Positions 45,346-55,056 of a stretch of 64,000 bases of DNA are shown here, one piece after another. A program made the translations under genes and the position numbers. The stretch is from Pseudomonadota bacterium (lineage in GTDB: Bacteria > Pseudomonadota > Alphaproteobacteria > Rhodobacterales > Rhodobacteraceae). The notes below the pieces were generated by a model. The model had not been told where the DNA came from and did no database searches. It was given only the letters and a program-made list of their open reading frames with translations. The stretch spans positions 45,132-109,131 of the forward strand of contig JBCBUG010000012.1 of the NCBI GenBank assembly GCA_039818265.1. The letters run 5' to 3'. Every line of letters starts with the position of its first letter. Position 1 is the stretch's first letter.

Positions 45346-45468
45346 CTTTGTGTCAGATAATGCAGTGCCGCGTCTATGCACCTGTAGCGCCAAGACTAGT
45401 GGTTCTAGATCAGAAGATCAACAATATGTTGATGAATTTTGGCGTGGCTCCGCAATATACTGGGCCTA

Positions 45469-45606
45469 TCAGATGTTCTCTTGAACCTCAGTGGCCGCAT
45501 TCTGGATTGCATCCCCTGCGTTTTCGATATCTTTCCCAGCGCCTTTGGCGGTTTCGCAGGCGGTCAGGGCAAACAGGCTCAGGCCAATCAGGATTGCTCG
45601 GATCAT
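45469..45606 (-). CDS. entericidin A/B family small lipoprotein (45 aa)
   Basis: Below the ORF-track length cut-off. Hand translation gives MIRAILIGLSLFALTACETAKGAGKDIENAGDAIQNAATEVQENI. Lipobox LTAC and a GGAGAC RBS. Confidence 0.7.
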   Translation of the reverse strand: MIRAILIGLSLFALTACETAKGAGKDIENAGDAIQNAATEVQENI

Positions 45607-45860
45607 ATTCGTCTCCTTGGTGGTCGATCATGATTTCGGTAGCACCTTTTCCCAAGCGGGACCAGCATCAGCGGCGCTGTTCGTGACAAAAGCGGCAGGC
45701 CCGGTTGAATATGACCTGAGTTAGCACCAGCGATCAACAATCTCACAATCGGCCTGCGAAGTGAGGTGCACCCCTTGCAGCCCCCCAAAGGCAACACTAA
45801 GACTCGGGTAACACTTGTTGGGATACTCTCCCGATCCATAGCAAAGCAGGCAGGTTAAGA

Positions 45861-46493
45861 ATGTTCGATCCCGTAGAAACCTACATGAATACGCTTGTCC
45901 CCATGGTTGTCGAGCAGACCAGTCGGGGTGAGCGCGCCTATGACATCTTCTCGCGTCTGCTGAAAGAGCGGATCATTTTCATCAACGGCCCGATCCATGA
46001 TGGGATGAGCCATCTGGTGGTGGCGCAGCTGCTGCATCTTGAGGCGGAAAACCCAAACAAAGAAATCTCGATTTACATCAATTCGCCCGGCGGCGTAGTG
46101 ACCAGTGGTTTGTCGATCTACGACACAATGCAGTACATCAAGCCGAAATGTTCGACATTGGTGATCGGTCAGGCGGCCTCGATGGGGTCGGTCCTGCTCG
46201 CCGGTGGCGAGAAGGGTATGCGCTTTTCGCTGCCCAACAGCCGCATCATGGTGCACCAGCCCAGCGGCGGCTATCAGGGTCAGGCCAGCGACATCATGAT
46301 CCACGCGGCCGAAACGCAGAAACTGAAAGATCGCCTGTATGACATCTATGTGCGCCATACAGGGCAGACAAAAAAGGCGGTTGAAAAAGCGCTGGATCGT
46401 GACAATTTCATGAGCCCGGAAGAAGCGAAAGACTGGGGCCATATCGACGAGATCGTCGAGAACCGCGCCAAGATGGATACGGAAGAAGCCTAA
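45861..46493 (+). CDS. clpP: ATP-dependent Clp protease proteolytic subunit
   Basis: [29 protein letters not shown] active-site Ser and VHQP. Confidence 0.96.
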   Translation: MFDPVETYMNTLVPMVVEQTSRGERAYDIFSRLLKERIIFINGPIHDGMSHLVVAQLLHLEAENPNKEISIYINSPGGVVTSGLSIYDTMQYIKPKCSTLVIGQAASMGSVLLAGGEKGMRFSLPNSRIMVHQPSGGYQGQASDIMIHAAETQKLKDRLYDIYVRHTGQTKKAVEKALDRDNFMSPEEAKDWGHIDEIVENRAKMDTEEA

Positions 46494-46627
46494 GAAACAT
46501 GCCTGGCGCCATCGGCGTCGGGCGCATTTTTGAGATTGTAGCCGCCACAGTGCTGGCCTAAGCTGCATGAACATGCGCAAGCGCGGCCCCGAACAAGGGG
46601 CAGTGGACGAAGCCCGAAAGGTAGATC

Positions 46628-47893
46628 ATGGCGACGAATTCAGGCGGTGACAGCAAAAACACGCTCTACTGTAGCTTTTGTGGAAAAAGCCAGCATGAGG
46701 TGCGCAAGCTGATCGCGGGTCCGACCGTTTTCATCTGCGATGAATGTGTCGAGCTTTGCATGGACATCATTCGGGAAGAGACCAAAGCCAGCGGGCTGAA
46801 ATCTTCTGATGGGGTGCCAACGCCCAAGGACATTTGTGAGGTGCTGGACGACTACGTCATCGGTCAGGCGACGGCAAAGCGTGTTCTCTCGGTTGCGGTC
46901 CACAATCACTACAAACGTCTGAACCACGCGCAAAAGGCCGGCGGTGATATTGAGCTGGCGAAGTCCAACATTCTTTTGATCGGCCCAACGGGTTGCGGCA
47001 AGACATTGCTGGCCCAGACGCTGGCGCGCATTCTGGATGTCCCGTTCACGATGGCAGATGCAACCACTCTGACCGAGGCGGGCTATGTGGGTGAAGATGT
47101 CGAGAACATCATCCTCAAACTGCTGCAGGCCAGTGAGTATAATGTTGAACGCGCACAACGCGGTATCGTCTATATTGACGAGGTCGACAAGATCACGCGC
47201 AAATCAGAAAACCCATCGATCACGCGCGACGTCTCGGGCGAAGGGGTCCAGCAGGCTCTGCTGAAGCTGATGGAAGGCACTGTGGCCAGCGTACCGCCTC
47301 AGGGCGGTCGCAAGCACCCGCAGCAGGAATTCCTGCAGGTGGACACGACCAACATCCTGTTTATCTGCGGCGGTGCTTTTGCGGGGCTGGACAAGATTAT
47401 CGCACAGCGTGGCAAAGGCTCTGCCATGGGCTTTGGCGCTGATGTGCGTGAGAATGATGATCGCGGTGTCGGTGAGATATTCAAGGACCTGGAACCCGAA
47501 GACCTGCTGAAATTTGGTCTGATCCCGGAATTTGTCGGCCGCTTGCCGGTTCTGGCGACATTGGAAGACTTGGACGAAGACGCACTTGTCACAATTCTGA
47601 CCAAGCCCAAAAACGCATTGGTCAAGCAATATCAACGTCTCTTCGAACTCGAAGACGCCGAGTTGGCCTTTACGGATGATGCGTTGAAAGCGATTGCCAA
47701 AAAGGCGATCGAACGCAAGACCGGCGCGCGCGGATTGCGATCGATCCTCGAAGATATCTTGCTGGACACGATGTTCGAACTACCGGGCATGAAGAACGTG
47801 ACCGAGGTGGTCGTGAACGAAGAGGCCGTGACCTCTGTCGCACAACCTTTAATCATCTATGCCGAGGCGGCTGAATCTGCGTCAGCCGGCTGA
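46628..47893 (+). CDS. clpX: ATP-dependent Clp protease ATP-binding subunit ClpX
   Basis: Zn ribbon CSFCGK..CDEC and Walker A GPTGCGKT. Confidence 0.96.
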   Translation: MATNSGGDSKNTLYCSFCGKSQHEVRKLIAGPTVFICDECVELCMDIIREETKASGLKSSDGVPTPKDICEVLDDYVIGQATAKRVLSVAVHNHYKRLNHAQKAGGDIELAKSNILLIGPTGCGKTLLAQTLARILDVPFTMADATTLTEAGYVGEDVENIILKLLQASEYNVERAQRGIVYIDEVDKITRKSENPSITRDVSGEGVQQALLKLMEGTVASVPPQGGRKHPQQEFLQVDTTNILFICGGAFAGLDKIIAQRGKGSAMGFGADVRENDDRGVGEIFKDLEPEDLLKFGLIPEFVGRLPVLATLEDLDEDALVTILTKPKNALVKQYQRLFELEDAELAFTDDALKAIAKKAIERKTGARGLRSILEDILLDTMFELPGMKNVTEVVVNEEAVTSVAQPLIIYAEAAESASAG

Positions 47894-47913
47894 ACAGTTC
47901 GACCGAATTGATG

Positions 47914-47942
47914 AAACGGCACGGTAAACCCGTGCCGTTTTT
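47914..47942 (+). terminator. rho-independent terminator of clpX
   Basis: 10-bp stem AACGGCACGG / CCGTGCCGTT followed by TTTTC. Confidence 0.75.
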
Positions 47943-47959
47943 CAGTACAGGAGGGTTAA

Positions 47960-48340
47960 ATGATTAGAAGAATTCATTCTGGCGGAGAGTATGAAGAGAA
48001 GGTTGGGTACTGCAGAGCGGTGGTCGCGAATGGCTTCGTATTTGTGGCAGGAACATGTGCCCAAGGCGAAAACATCCCGAAAGATGTCGTTTCTCAATGC
48101 AAATCGTCGTTGCACGCTATCGAAAAAGCGCTGGCTGAGGCGGGCGCAGGTTTTGAAGACGTCGTGCGCGTAAACTATTACCTGCCCGATATGTCAGAAT
48201 TTGAACAATGCTGGCCTCTGCTAAAAGAGGCCTTTGGCCTCAACCCTCCAGCAGCGACAGTCATTGAGTGTAATCTGATTACGCCAGAGGATCGTATCGA
48301 GATCGAAGTAACGGCCGCGTTGTCGGAAAAACGCGGATGA
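47960..48340 (+). CDS. RidA/YjgF family protein
   Basis: 126 aa. [15 protein letters not shown]...RVNYYL pattern. Confidence 0.75.
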   Translation: MIRRIHSGGEYEEKVGYCRAVVANGFVFVAGTCAQGENIPKDVVSQCKSSLHAIEKALAEAGAGFEDVVRVNYYLPDMSEFEQCWPLLKEAFGLNPPAATVIECNLITPEDRIEIEVTAALSEKRG

Positions 48341-48410
48341 TTTCTGTGGCACTGGACCTTGGCGCGCCTTTGGTCCATACCATTCCCGAGCACTTTGCCG
48401 GAGGCACCTG

Positions 48411-48794
48411 ATGGGCATTCTGAACACTCTTCTGCGGGCCGTGACCTGGTGGAACGGGGCAACCCTCAACACCCAGATTTATACCGCGCGAAAAGGTGTG
48501 AAAGTTGGCGAAGACAACGAAGGCAACGTCTTCTATCGCAATGCGGATGACAGCAAACGCTGGGTAATCTTCAATGGCGAAGCCGAAGCCAGCCGCGTTG
48601 ATCCAGATTGGCATGGCTGGTTGCACCGCACTTGGGATGAACCTCCGACCGATAAGCCGCTGCCTCATAAATCTTGGGAGAAACCGCATCAGGAAAACCT
48701 GACGGGCACCGCTCTGGCTTACACCCCGGCAGGATCGCTGCGCAGACCCGATCCGGTTGAGCGCAAAGACTATGAGGCCTGGAGCCCCGAATAA
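48411..48794 (+). CDS. NADH:ubiquinone oxidoreductase subunit NDUFA12 family protein
   Basis: [28 protein letters not shown]...WHGWLH pattern. Confidence 0.8.
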   Translation: MGILNTLLRAVTWWNGATLNTQIYTARKGVKVGEDNEGNVFYRNADDSKRWVIFNGEAEASRVDPDWHGWLHRTWDEPPTDKPLPHKSWEKPHQENLTGTALAYTPAGSLRRPDPVERKDYEAWSPE

Positions 48795-48806
48795 CAGAGG
48801 CGAGCA

Positions 48807-49259
48807 ATGTCGACCCACAATTGGACCGAAGTCATCGTCGGTGGTGCCGTTCTGGCGGTTGCCGTGTCATTTGGCGTTTATGCCAGCCAGTCGACGGGCC
48901 TGTCGCAAAGCAGCGCGGGTTATGAGCTGGGGGCCTCCTTCCGGTCGCTTGAAGGGGTCGGTGTGGGCACTGATGTGCGTTTGGCCGGGGTCAAGATCGG
49001 CACCGTAACCGACGTCGATCTGAACCCAGACACCTATCGTGCTGATACGACCTTTACGATTGCGGATGGGATCCTTGTTCCGGATGACAGCGCGATCGTT
49101 ATCTCGTCCGAAGGTCTTCTGGGTGGAAATTTTGTTGAGGTCATGCCGGGCGGCTCACCGTTCTTTTTCGAGCCGGGGGACGAGATTGAAGATACCCAAG
49201 GCGCGGTAAGCCTGATTTCACTGCTCGTCAAATTCGTGGCCGGAGACAGCAGCGAATGA
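48807..49259 (+). CDS. mlaD: outer-membrane lipid asymmetry protein MlaD
   Basis: N-terminal TM helix plus an MCE domain (VRLAGVKIGTV). Confidence 0.8.
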   Translation: MSTHNWTEVIVGGAVLAVAVSFGVYASQSTGLSQSSAGYELGASFRSLEGVGVGTDVRLAGVKIGTVTDVDLNPDTYRADTTFTIADGILVPDDSAIVISSEGLLGGNFVEVMPGGSPFFFEPGDEIEDTQGAVSLISLLVKFVAGDSSE

Positions 49260-49624
49260 AGCATTCGGTGCTGATGGCAATCGTGTTCTGCGCAACGGCT
49301 GCATCTGCTCAGCAGAAGGTCGAATCCGGCCCTGGTGCAATGTTGCGCGGCTTGGACAAAGTAAACGGCCAGACCGTCGATATCGAAATGCAAAACGGCG
49401 ATACCCAGCCCGTGTTTGGGTTGGATGTGGCCTTGGGGGATTGCAGGTACCCGGCGGACAATCCCACAGGTGATGCGTTTGCCTATTTGACGATCTGGGA
49501 AAAAGGCAAAGCAGATCAGCTGTTTGACGGTTGGATGATTGCGACGTCACCGGCGCTGAATGCTTTGGATCATGCGCGCTATGATGTCTGGGTGATCCGC
49601 TGTATCACACCATCCGCTGACTGA
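49256..49624 (+). CDS. DUF2155 domain protein
   Basis: Signal peptide and LRGLDKVNGQTVDIEM...DCRYP pattern. ATGA overlap with mlaD. Confidence 0.7.
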   Translation: MKHSVLMAIVFCATAASAQQKVESGPGAMLRGLDKVNGQTVDIEMQNGDTQPVFGLDVALGDCRYPADNPTGDAFAYLTIWEKGKADQLFDGWMIATSPALNALDHARYDVWVIRCITPSAD

Positions 49625-50211
49625 GGAATATCAGCGGAAAAATCAGCGCTTGCGTTGATCGCTTCCTCAAGTGCTTCACGATATGTACCGCGTGGAATTT
49701 CGACGGCGCCAAGCGAGGCAAGGTGAGTTGTCAAGAACTGCGTATCAAACAGTTTGAAACCCGTTTGTCGAAGCCGGTCAACCAGATAGGCCAAGGCGAT
49801 TTTTGAGGCATCAGTACGCCTCGAAAACATGCTTTCGCCAAAGAAAGCCGCCCCTAACACGACGCCATAGACGCCGCCAACCAGCTTGTCGTTATCCCAT
49901 ACCTCAAGTGAATGGGCGTGACCTGTCATGTGTAATTGATCATAAAGCTGTCGCAACTCGGCATTGATCCAGGTATCCACCCGGTCTGCGCAGCCATCGA
50001 CGACGCCGCTGAAATCCTGATCGATTGAGATGTCATAGCCGGATCTGCGCAGGCTCCGGGCCAGACTGCGCGAGATATGAAAGCCGTCCAGAGGGAACAC
50101 GCCCCTGTATTTTGGGTCGACCCAGAACAGCTCAGGGTCATCCCGATGTTCTGCCATGGGAAAAATGCCGATGGAGTAGCCATGCAGCAAAAGTTCTGCA
50201 GTCAGGCTCAT
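49579..50211 (-). CDS. aat: leucyl/phenylalanyl-tRNA-protein transferase
   Basis: LLHGYSIGIFPM...FWVDPKYRGVFPLD and GESMFS motifs. Confidence 0.9.
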   Translation of the reverse strand: MSLTAELLLHGYSIGIFPMAEHRDDPELFWVDPKYRGVFPLDGFHISRSLARSLRRSGYDISIDQDFSGVVDGCADRVDTWINAELRQLYDQLHMTGHAHSLEVWDNDKLVGGVYGVVLGAAFFGESMFSRRTDASKIALAYLVDRLRQTGFKLFDTQFLTTHLASLGAVEIPRGTYREALEEAINASADFSADIPQSADGVIQRITQTS

Positions 50212-50212
50212 T

Positions 50213-50254
50213 AGAAAAACCCGAAGGCCGGAGGATTGGTTCCATCCGGCCTTC
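50213..50254 (-). terminator. rho-independent terminator of accBC
   Basis: 10-bp stem GAAGGCCGGA / TCCGGCCTTC, followed on the minus strand by GGGTTTTTC. Confidence 0.7.
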
Positions 50255-50262
50255 CAGACAGG

Positions 50263-51612
50263 TTAGTCTGCCATATTCTCCGCAAGCCAGTGCTCCAGCC
50301 AGTGGATGTTGTACTCACCGCTATGCAGGTCAGGTTCCTGCAGCAGCGCGTGGAACAGCGGCACGGTGGTGTCGATACCGTCAACGATCAACTCTCCCAA
50401 TGCGCGTTCAAGGCGCGCCAGCGCCTCGGCCCGGTCGCGCCCCTGTACGATCAGCTTTGCGATTAGCGAGTCGTAGTAGGGCGGGATCGAATACCCGTCA
50501 TACAGTGCCGAATCCATCCGCACGCCCAGACCGCCCGGCGCATGATAAGCCGTGATCTTACCGGGGCAGGGTGAGAAATTGGGCAGTTTCTCGGCATTGA
50601 TCCGAACCTCGATGGCGTGGCCTTCGATTTCCAGATCGTCCTGAGTGAACGACATGGGCAGGCCTGAGGCGACGCGGATTTGCTCACGCACAAGATCAAC
50701 GCCGAAAATGCCTTCGGTTACCGGGTGTTCCACCTGCAGGCGGGTGTTCATCTCGATGAAATAGAACTCACCGTTTTCGTACAGGAACTCGATGGTGCCC
50801 GCGCCGATATAGTTGATCTTCGCCACAGCATCGGCGCAGATCTTACCGATCCTGGCGCGTTCTTCAGGGGTGATGCTGGGGCCGGGGGCCTCCTCAAACA
50901 CTTTCTGATGGCGGCGCTGCAACGAGCAATCGCGCTCGCCCAGATGGACCGCGTTGCCTTTGCCGTCGCCAAAGACCTGAATCTCGATATGGCGCGGCGT
51001 GGTCAGGTATTTCTCGATATAGACCTCGTCATTGCCAAAGGCGGCCTTGCCTTCGGCGCGGGCGGTCATGAAGGCGCTTTCCATTTCATCAGCGTTTTGG
51101 GCAACTTTCATCCCACGCCCACCGCCACCGGCGGTGGCTTTGATAATGACGGGATAGCCGAACTCCTCACCGATGCGCTTTGCGTCTTCCAGCGTGGGAA
51201 CGCCGCCATCGGAACCGGGTACACAGGGAACGCCCAGTTCTTTCATTGTGTCCTTGGCGGTGATCTTGTCGCCCATGACACGAATGTGCTCGGCGTTAGG
51301 GCCGATAAAGGTGATGTCATGGTCTTCGACGATCTGCACGAATTCGGCATTCTCGGACAAAAAGCCATAACCCGGATGGATCGCCTGCGCGCCGGTGATT
51401 TCACAGGCCGAGATGATCGCTGGCATAGACAGGTAACTTTGCGGGCTGGGCGGAGGGCCGATACAGACCGATTCGTCTGCCATGCGCACATGCATCGCGT
51501 CGCTGTCGGCGGTGGAGTGGACGGCGACCGTCTTAATCCCCATCTCGCGCGCGGCGCGGATGACGCGCAGGGCGATCTCGCCTCGGTTGGCAATCAGGAT
51601 CTTGTCGAACAT
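50263..51612 (-). CDS. accC: acetyl-CoA carboxylase biotin carboxylase subunit
   Basis: [20 protein letters not shown] with an ATP-grasp domain. 449 aa. Confidence 0.96.
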   Translation of the reverse strand: MFDKILIANRGEIALRVIRAAREMGIKTVAVHSTADSDAMHVRMADESVCIGPPPSPQSYLSMPAIISACEITGAQAIHPGYGFLSENAEFVQIVEDHDITFIGPNAEHIRVMGDKITAKDTMKELGVPCVPGSDGGVPTLEDAKRIGEEFGYPVIIKATAGGGGRGMKVAQNADEMESAFMTARAEGKAAFGNDEVYIEKYLTTPRHIEIQVFGDGKGNAVHLGERDCSLQRRHQKVFEEAPGPSITPEERARIGKICADAVAKINYIGAGTIEFLYENGEFYFIEMNTRLQVEHPVTEGIFGVDLVREQIRVASGLPMSFTQDDLEIEGHAIEVRINAEKLPNFSPCPGKITAYHAPGGLGVRMDSALYDGYSIPPYYDSLIAKLIVQGRDRAEALARLERALGELIVDGIDTTVPLFHALLQEPDLHSGEYNIHWLEHWLAENMAD

Positions 51613-51621
51613 GGGCCCGCC

Positions 51622-52125
51622 TTACTCGATGATGACCAGAGGAGTGCCAAATTCCACAGCGTCGCCGTCGCCAACCAAGATGCGTTTGACTGTACCCGAT
51701 TTGGGTGCGTGGATGTGGTTCATGGTCTTCATCGCTTCGACGATCAGCAGCGTGTCACCTTCGGACACCGATGCGCCGACCGAGATAAAGGACGGTGCGC
51801 CCGGTTCGGCCTGCATGTAAACCGTGCCAACCATAGGTGAGGTGACAGCGCCGGGGTGGCTGGCCGGGTCTTCCTGTGCGGAAGGGGCTTCGGCGGCAGC
51901 TGCAGCGGGTGCCGGTGCGGCGGCATGGGCTGCCGGGGCAGCAGCAGGAACGGCGACCTGAACCGGCGCAGCGACTGCCTGTGTCATGCGGCTGACGCGG
52001 ACATTTAGGCTGTCTTCTTCGCCATACTCGCGTTTCACCTGCAATTCAGTTAGGTCGTTTTCGCGCAGCAACTCGGCCAGTGCCTTGATGAATGCTACAT
52101 CTGCGTCGTGTTTGGTATCTGTCAT
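51622..52125 (-). CDS. accB: acetyl-CoA carboxylase biotin carboxyl carrier protein
   Basis: Ala/Pro linker and the EAMKTMN biotinyl-lysine motif. Confidence 0.95.
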   Translation of the reverse strand: MTDTKHDADVAFIKALAELLRENDLTELQVKREYGEEDSLNVRVSRMTQAVAAPVQVAVPAAAPAAHAAAPAPAAAAAEAPSAQEDPASHPGAVTSPMVGTVYMQAEPGAPSFISVGASVSEGDTLLIVEAMKTMNHIHAPKSGTVKRILVGDGDAVEFGTPLVIIE

Positions 52126-52267
52126 GAGTGTCCTCGACGGTTCCCCTAGTGGCCCATCTAAACCTGCGGGCTTTGGTCTGATTACGCAGCGTTATAAGCT
52201 AAGCTAGGGGCCATGAAAAGCGCAGTCTGATGCGAGGATTCAAGGAATTTGCGCGTGCTCCGAGCGG

Positions 52268-52810
52268 TCAGAGCGGCATGCCCGAAAGTTTCGCCACGAG
52301 CTCTGATAACTTACGCGCGCCGAACTTTTCCAATAGGCGCGCGCGGTAGGCTTCGATCGTGCGATAGCTGAGGCCGAGTTCGGCACCGATTTCTTTAGCC
52401 GAGAGGCCGCGGCAGGACAGGATCGCCACTTCGCGTTCCCGCACGGTCAATTCGACCAGGGGGCGTTCTTCCGAGATGTCTGAAAAGCTCCAAATACCAT
52501 GACGGAATGGATCATCCGGTGTCAGCGATCTACCGCGTGCGCGACACCAGAATAAATCGCCATTGCGTCGCCGCATAACCCGTTCATCGGTGTAATACCC
52601 GGTGTCCCGCATCACCTGCAAACTACGCGCGCCGATCCTTTCCCAATCCGCGACGGAGGGGTAAAGGTGAAGCAGAGGCATGTTGCGATAGTCGCTCTCA
52701 CCCCCTCCGAAGGTCCGCGCAAACTGCAGATTGCAGCGCCGGATGATCCGGTTTTCCAGTTCAACCAGCCCAATTGGGGCATATTCGAAGGCGGGATCAC
52801 TCATCGTCAT
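52268..52810 (-). CDS. LuxR-family transcriptional regulator with an N-terminal PAS-like domain
   Basis: C-terminal HTH: REREVAILSCRGLSAKEIGAELGLSYRTIEAYRARL. Confidence 0.8.
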   Translation of the reverse strand: MTMSDPAFEYAPIGLVELENRIIRRCNLQFARTFGGGESDYRNMPLLHLYPSVADWERIGARSLQVMRDTGYYTDERVMRRRNGDLFWCRARGRSLTPDDPFRHGIWSFSDISEERPLVELTVREREVAILSCRGLSAKEIGAELGLSYRTIEAYRARLLEKFGARKLSELVAKLSGMPL

Positions 52811-53002
52811 ATCGTGCCGGGAATTGGTCGGAAATAGAAGAGGCCATGAGAATTTGCTGTGGATTTGAAGTGGGTGATTTACTGTTGCTCTTGTTAATTT
52901 TGTAAATCCTATCTGAAAATACTGCCTTAACTACATTGATTAAATAAGATATCTTGAAAATACTCAGCTGTGTTTGAAAGCTTGGCGAGGGAGAAGCCTT
53001 TG

Positions 53003-54292
53003 ATGCGCGATACGCTTACCGGTAGCCGGATCCGCGAACGCCGTCAGATCTCTGGCCTCAGGCAATCCGAGCTTGCAAAGCGCGTTGGAATTTCGCCCTC
53101 ATATCTGAACTTGATTGAACATAACCGCCGCAGGATCGGTGGAAAGCTTTTGGTCGATATTGCCGAAGCCTTGGATGTAGAGCCCTCGCTGCTGACCCAG
53201 GGGATCGAGGCGACGCTGATTTCTGCACTGCGTGAGGCGGCGGCAGATGCAGTCGGACAGCGGGCTGAGGTTGACGGGCTGGAGGAATTTGCCAGCCGCT
53301 TTCCTGGCTGGGCCGGCGTTCTGGCGCAAATGCATCAGCGCGTCGTTTCACTGGAACGCACAGTCGAGACGCTATCGGACCGATTGACACATGACCCGCA
53401 TCTGGCCGCGTCGATGCATGAGGTTCTGACAACCGCTGCCGCCATTCGATCTACCGCATCCATTCTGGCGGACACGCAGGATATCGAAATCGAATGGCAG
53501 GATCGGTTTCACAAGAACCTGCATCAGGATGCTGAACGACTGGCCGAAAGCTCTAAGGCGCTGGTGTCTTATCTGGACGAAAGCGATGCGGCCAAGACAC
53601 CCCGTAGTGTCCCGCTGGAAGAGGTTGAGAGCTTTTTTGCAGCCCGAAACTACGGTTTTCCCGAACTCGAAGCGGGGGGAGGGGCTGAGAGTATTGCCCT
53701 AGACGGATTGAACACCGCCACCGCCCGTTCTGTTGCCCAAGAGATCTTACGCTGGTGCGCAGAGGACGCGGTTGCAATACCGCTTGCCGATTTGAAGCAA
53801 ATTCTCGCTAAGGGCGAACCGGACCCTATCACTTTGGCGCAACGTTTCGCGGTCGATATCCCTACAGTTTTGCGGCGTTTGGCCTTTGTGCCGGAGGAGT
53901 ATTTGACGCGCCCTGCAGGGCTGGCCCTGTGCGATGCATCGGGCAGCGTCCTGTTCCTCAAACCGCTTCCCGGTTTCGTTATGCCGCGTCATGGCGAGGC
54001 TTGTCCGTTGTGGCCCTTGTTCACCGCTCTCAGTCGTCCTCTGGTGCCGGTTCGCAAACAAATCGCCCAGTTGGGGCGCAGTGCGGCTGAGTTCGAGTGC
54101 CATGCTTACGCTTGGCCTCATGCGGTGCCCGGATATGATCAGGATCCGGCTTATCGGTCGATCATGCTGGTGCGACCGATCGGGGAAGAGGGGGCTTCAG
54201 CTTTGACCCATGTCGGGGCCAATTGCCGGGTGTGCCCCAGCCGGGATTGCACATCGCGGCGCGAGCCTTCGATTCTGAGCGAAGGTTTTTGA
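53003..54292 (+). CDS. XRE-family regulator with DUF2083 domain (short-chain fatty acyl-CoA regulator-like)
   Basis: N-terminal HTH (LRQSELAKRVGISPSYLNLIEHNRR) and a long C-terminal domain ending in a Cys cluster (CRVCPSRDC). ATG at 53003 follows GGGAGAAG. Confidence 0.7.
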   Translation: MRDTLTGSRIRERRQISGLRQSELAKRVGISPSYLNLIEHNRRRIGGKLLVDIAEALDVEPSLLTQGIEATLISALREAAADAVGQRAEVDGLEEFASRFPGWAGVLAQMHQRVVSLERTVETLSDRLTHDPHLAASMHEVLTTAAAIRSTASILADTQDIEIEWQDRFHKNLHQDAERLAESSKALVSYLDESDAAKTPRSVPLEEVESFFAARNYGFPELEAGGGAESIALDGLNTATARSVAQEILRWCAEDAVAIPLADLKQILAKGEPDPITLAQRFAVDIPTVLRRLAFVPEEYLTRPAGLALCDASGSVLFLKPLPGFVMPRHGEACPLWPLFTALSRPLVPVRKQIAQLGRSAAEFECHAYAWPHAVPGYDQDPAYRSIMLVRPIGEEGASALTHVGANCRVCPSRDCTSRREPSILSEGF

Positions 54293-54370
54293 CAGGTCGA
54301 TGACTGACCGCTTAATCTGGCGGTGGCAGCGCGCCAAGAGCGCGATCTGCCATGGGGAGGAATTGAAAAT

Positions 54371-54751
54371 ATGAGCCGTAAGGTTCTGTTGATCGAGGAT
54401 GAGCCGAACATTGCTGAGGCCATCCGCTTTTTACTGACACGCGAAGGCTGGCAGGTTGAAACGCATGCGGAAGGGTCTGATGCGGTGCAGGTGATTCAGT
54501 CTGCAGCCCCGGATCTTGTCATCCTTGATGTCATGCTTCCGGGAAAAAACGGCATGGATATTCTGCGCGACCTGCGCGAGCTGGATGATATGCAACGCTT
54601 GCCGGTCTTGATGCTGACGGCACGCGGGCAATCTCGCGATCGGGAAATGGCCGAGAATGCGGGGGTTAGCCGCTTCATGACCAAACCGTTTTCAAATGCC
54701 GAGGTGCTGACTGCGGTGCGTGATCTTCACGCGCAGGCCTCACGGGCATGA
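54371..54751 (+). CDS. single-domain (CheY-like) response regulator
   Basis: 126 aa receiver only. LIEDEP, LVILDVMLPG and TKPF motifs. GGGGAGGA RBS. Confidence 0.85.
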   Translation: MSRKVLLIEDEPNIAEAIRFLLTREGWQVETHAEGSDAVQVIQSAAPDLVILDVMLPGKNGMDILRDLRELDDMQRLPVLMLTARGQSRDREMAENAGVSRFMTKPFSNAEVLTAVRDLHAQASRA

Positions 54752-55056
54752 CTCCTGATAGTGACATAGATCAGATCCCAAAGGGCAAACGGTCCTCGCT
54801 ATTCCTTGGGCGGCAAAGCTATCGCCGTCGCAGACTGGCCGATGCCGCCCGGCTATTGCCGTTTCTGGGTGCGGCACTTCTCGCACTACCGCTGCTTTGG
54901 CCGGATCAGAGCGCGGGCGAGGACGCTGTGCCGCTTTCATCGGCTATGCTGTACATCTTTGTGTGCTGGGGCGTGCTGATTGCGATTGGCCTGATCTTTG
55001 GCCTGACTGCCAGAAGTCTGGGCGTTCGCGACGATATCGGCGCGGACACTGAGTGA
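54748..55056 (+). CDS. small two-helix membrane protein
   Basis: 102 aa with two hydrophobic helices. ATGA overlap with the receiver gene. Its stop overlaps the kinase start (GTGATG). Confidence 0.55.
   Translation: MTPDSDIDQIPKGKRSSLFLGRQSYRRRRLADAARLLPFLGAALLALPLLWPDQSAGEDAVPLSSAMLYIFVCWGVLIAIGLIFGLTARSLGVRDDIGADTE

Noticed and set aside
45855-46580. 241-aa ORF on the minus strand
   Set aside because: It is antisense to clpP. Shadow ORF.
50680-51840. 386-aa ORF on the plus strand
   Set aside because: It is antisense to accC/accB, which are unambiguous. Shadow ORF.
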